NCBI RefSeq assembly: GCF_041929235.1
Contig: NZ_JBHFNP010000225.1
Location: forward strand, 1-58,364
Length of the DNA stretch: 58,364 nt
Direction of reading: 5' to 3'
Origin: Microseira sp. BLCC-F43
GTDB lineage: Bacteria > Cyanobacteriota > Cyanobacteriia > Cyanobacteriales > Aerosakkonemataceae
Positions 56,772 to 58,364 of the stretch are shown in pieces. The notes below the pieces were generated by a model. That model did no database searches. It had not been told where the DNA came from and saw only the letters and a program-made list of their open reading frames with translations. Position numbers and translations under genes: made by a program. The number at the start of each line of letters is the position of its first letter. Within the stretch, counting starts at the first letter, position 1.

Positions 56772-58037
56772 TTAATCAGGGGGGTTGGGGGGATGTCCCA
56801 GCCCCACACGCTTTAAGTTGATAGCGGCATTAATGTCGCGATTCACCCAAAGACGCTCTTTTTCATGCCAATACTCGCGGATATCGCAATCAGTGAACAT
56901 AAATTCATCACGATACGCGAGTAATTGAGATGTGTATGCAGGTTTGGCTGCTATTGCCCTAGCTCCAGCTTTTGAAGCTATGTATTCTAGGATTGTGAAA
57001 AACTGTCCAAAGGCGGCATCATTCCAAGACTTGTTCAAGCCTGATTTGGCACTTTGCCCGTTTGGAAGATAAGTCCCGTTTTCGTCCCGCCCAGCTTTGT
57101 TTCTCTTTGACAGAGCTTTTAAGTTTAAATCTTCACGTACAAAAACTTTTTTATTTGTCCGAACTAGGTCTTTCCTCGCTCTGGCAATACGTTGATGTTC
57201 TCGCGCTTCCCTCAAGGCTAGCTTACGTCTTGCCTTACTGCCTTTTTTCTTGGCTGATTTACGATTAGAAACTAAGGCTCGCCGCTTTTCAGACTTTCTG
57301 AAAGACTTTAGCGCTGGTAGTTTGGTATTTTCTGAAGTTGCCAAATAATCGTCTTCATGTAACACCGCATCCAATCCCAGAGTGTTATCCCAAGTGGGCG
57401 TTATCTCATCTGGCGTGAAAACTGGTACGTTTGGATCTTCGAGACAAATTGTGATGTACCAGCCATCAGCTTTCAAGGTTAACAAAGCATTTTTTAGTAC
57501 AAAACCATTAGGTAAAGGTCGATGTCAACGTACTTTTATCCAACCTTTTAGCTTTGAAATTGACAAGAATAACCAATCTTTTTCAATACGCTCAACGGTA
57601 ATGGCTTGACCTTCAATCCTCATGGTGCGGTAACGTGCCGCATTCTTGAAACGTGGCTTCCCACTACGATTACCATTGCTATCCCCTTTAATAAAGCGAG
57701 AGAAAGCCAAATCTACGCGGAGAGAAACATCTTGCAATGTCTGAGAGGGGACACGAGTAAAATCCAACAACTCTCCAGAATGACCCACTTTAAACAAGTC
57801 TTCTTTAAGAGTAGGAAGTTGTTTCTTTTGAGAGTATAAATCAGGATTTTCGCGTAGTTGAGGCAACGGACAACTGACTATTGAACAAGCATCAATGCGA
57901 CTGCGGTTGTTCTCCCACCAATCAAATCTGTCTCCTAGTTGCTTGTTGTACCAGTACTGGCAAATCCTCAACCAAGTATTTAGTTCTAGTTTTTGATTGG
58001 TATTTGGAACTGCCCGATACTGAGAGTTAAGCAACAT
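56772..58037 (-). pseudogene. tnpB: IS200/IS605-family TnpB split by a frameshift. The N-terminal part is 57525..58037 and the C-terminal part is 56772..57485.
   Basis: The N-terminal ORF has the OrfB N-domain (RICQYWYNKQLGDRFDWWENN). The C-terminal ORF has the RuvC and Zn-ribbon tail (AAINLKRVGLGHPP). The two are in different frames and about 40 bp apart. Confidence 0.65.
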
Positions 58038-58364
58038 TTTTAATCACCTCCTTTGTGACAACTATGCTAACATAAACGTAACGGCGTTGTACTGGCATAT
58101 GAAAAATCAAACATTGAACTTGCGAATATCAGAACGCAGATTAATAATTACGGTTATATTCAGCCTGGAAAGATAAGACTATGACTCAAATACTCGAAGA
58201 TTTCATTGACTCATTACCAACCCCAGAAATTGGTAATCAAGTCGCTGTCCCCACTCCCGCGTTGACTGACGGTCAACATAGGTCGGGGGACGCAACCTGA
58301 TTACCCCAAAATTCATCCCACACTGCCTTCGGTCAGATGTGGGGCTTCTTTTGGTTTGGGCTAA

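Overview
This looks like a chromosomal window from a filamentous (Nostocales-type) cyanobacterium. The GCGATCGC (HIP1) octamer is frequent, 7-bp STRR-like tandem repeats are common, and several small palindromic or MITE-like repeat families recur.

Gene content, left to right:
- A possible HTH/PIN toxin-antitoxin remnant.
- Two CobN/Mg-chelatase-family paralogs. The second carries three in-frame insertions of a heptamer-repeat element.
- A tandem array of four (plus one remnant) HAF-repeat proteins with PEP-CTERM anchors. Each copy has a conserved ~200-nt leader.
- A full-length CrtI-family oxidoreductase, plus two duplicated 5' fragments of it. The fragments bracket a ~4.9-kb segment.
- That bracketed segment carries a strikingly eukaryote-like Major Vault Protein (MVP) homolog and an alkaline-phosphatase-family gene.
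- A Dam methylase lying tail-to-tail with a small PD-ExK-like ORF (possible R-M pair), a Uma2 nuclease, a Tat-type metallophosphoesterase and NanE.
- A signalling block: a hybrid HK-RR, a PAS-GGDEF-EAL protein and two paralogous GAF histidine kinases.
- glmM.
- A compact candidate biosynthetic cluster: an unknown 391-aa protein, a PLP-dependent decarboxylase, a class I terpene synthase and a GNAT.
- A right-hand end littered with IS200/IS605-family TnpB copies (one intact, one frameshifted, one truncated). They surround a 676-aa membrane protein whose N-terminus is interrupted by an in-frame stop, and gene remnants.

No rRNA, tRNA or CRISPR array was recognised.

The most unusual items are the bacterial vault-protein gene inside a repeat-bracketed insertion, the terpene synthase cluster, the repeat insertions inside cobN, and the leader-bearing HAF/PEP-CTERM array.
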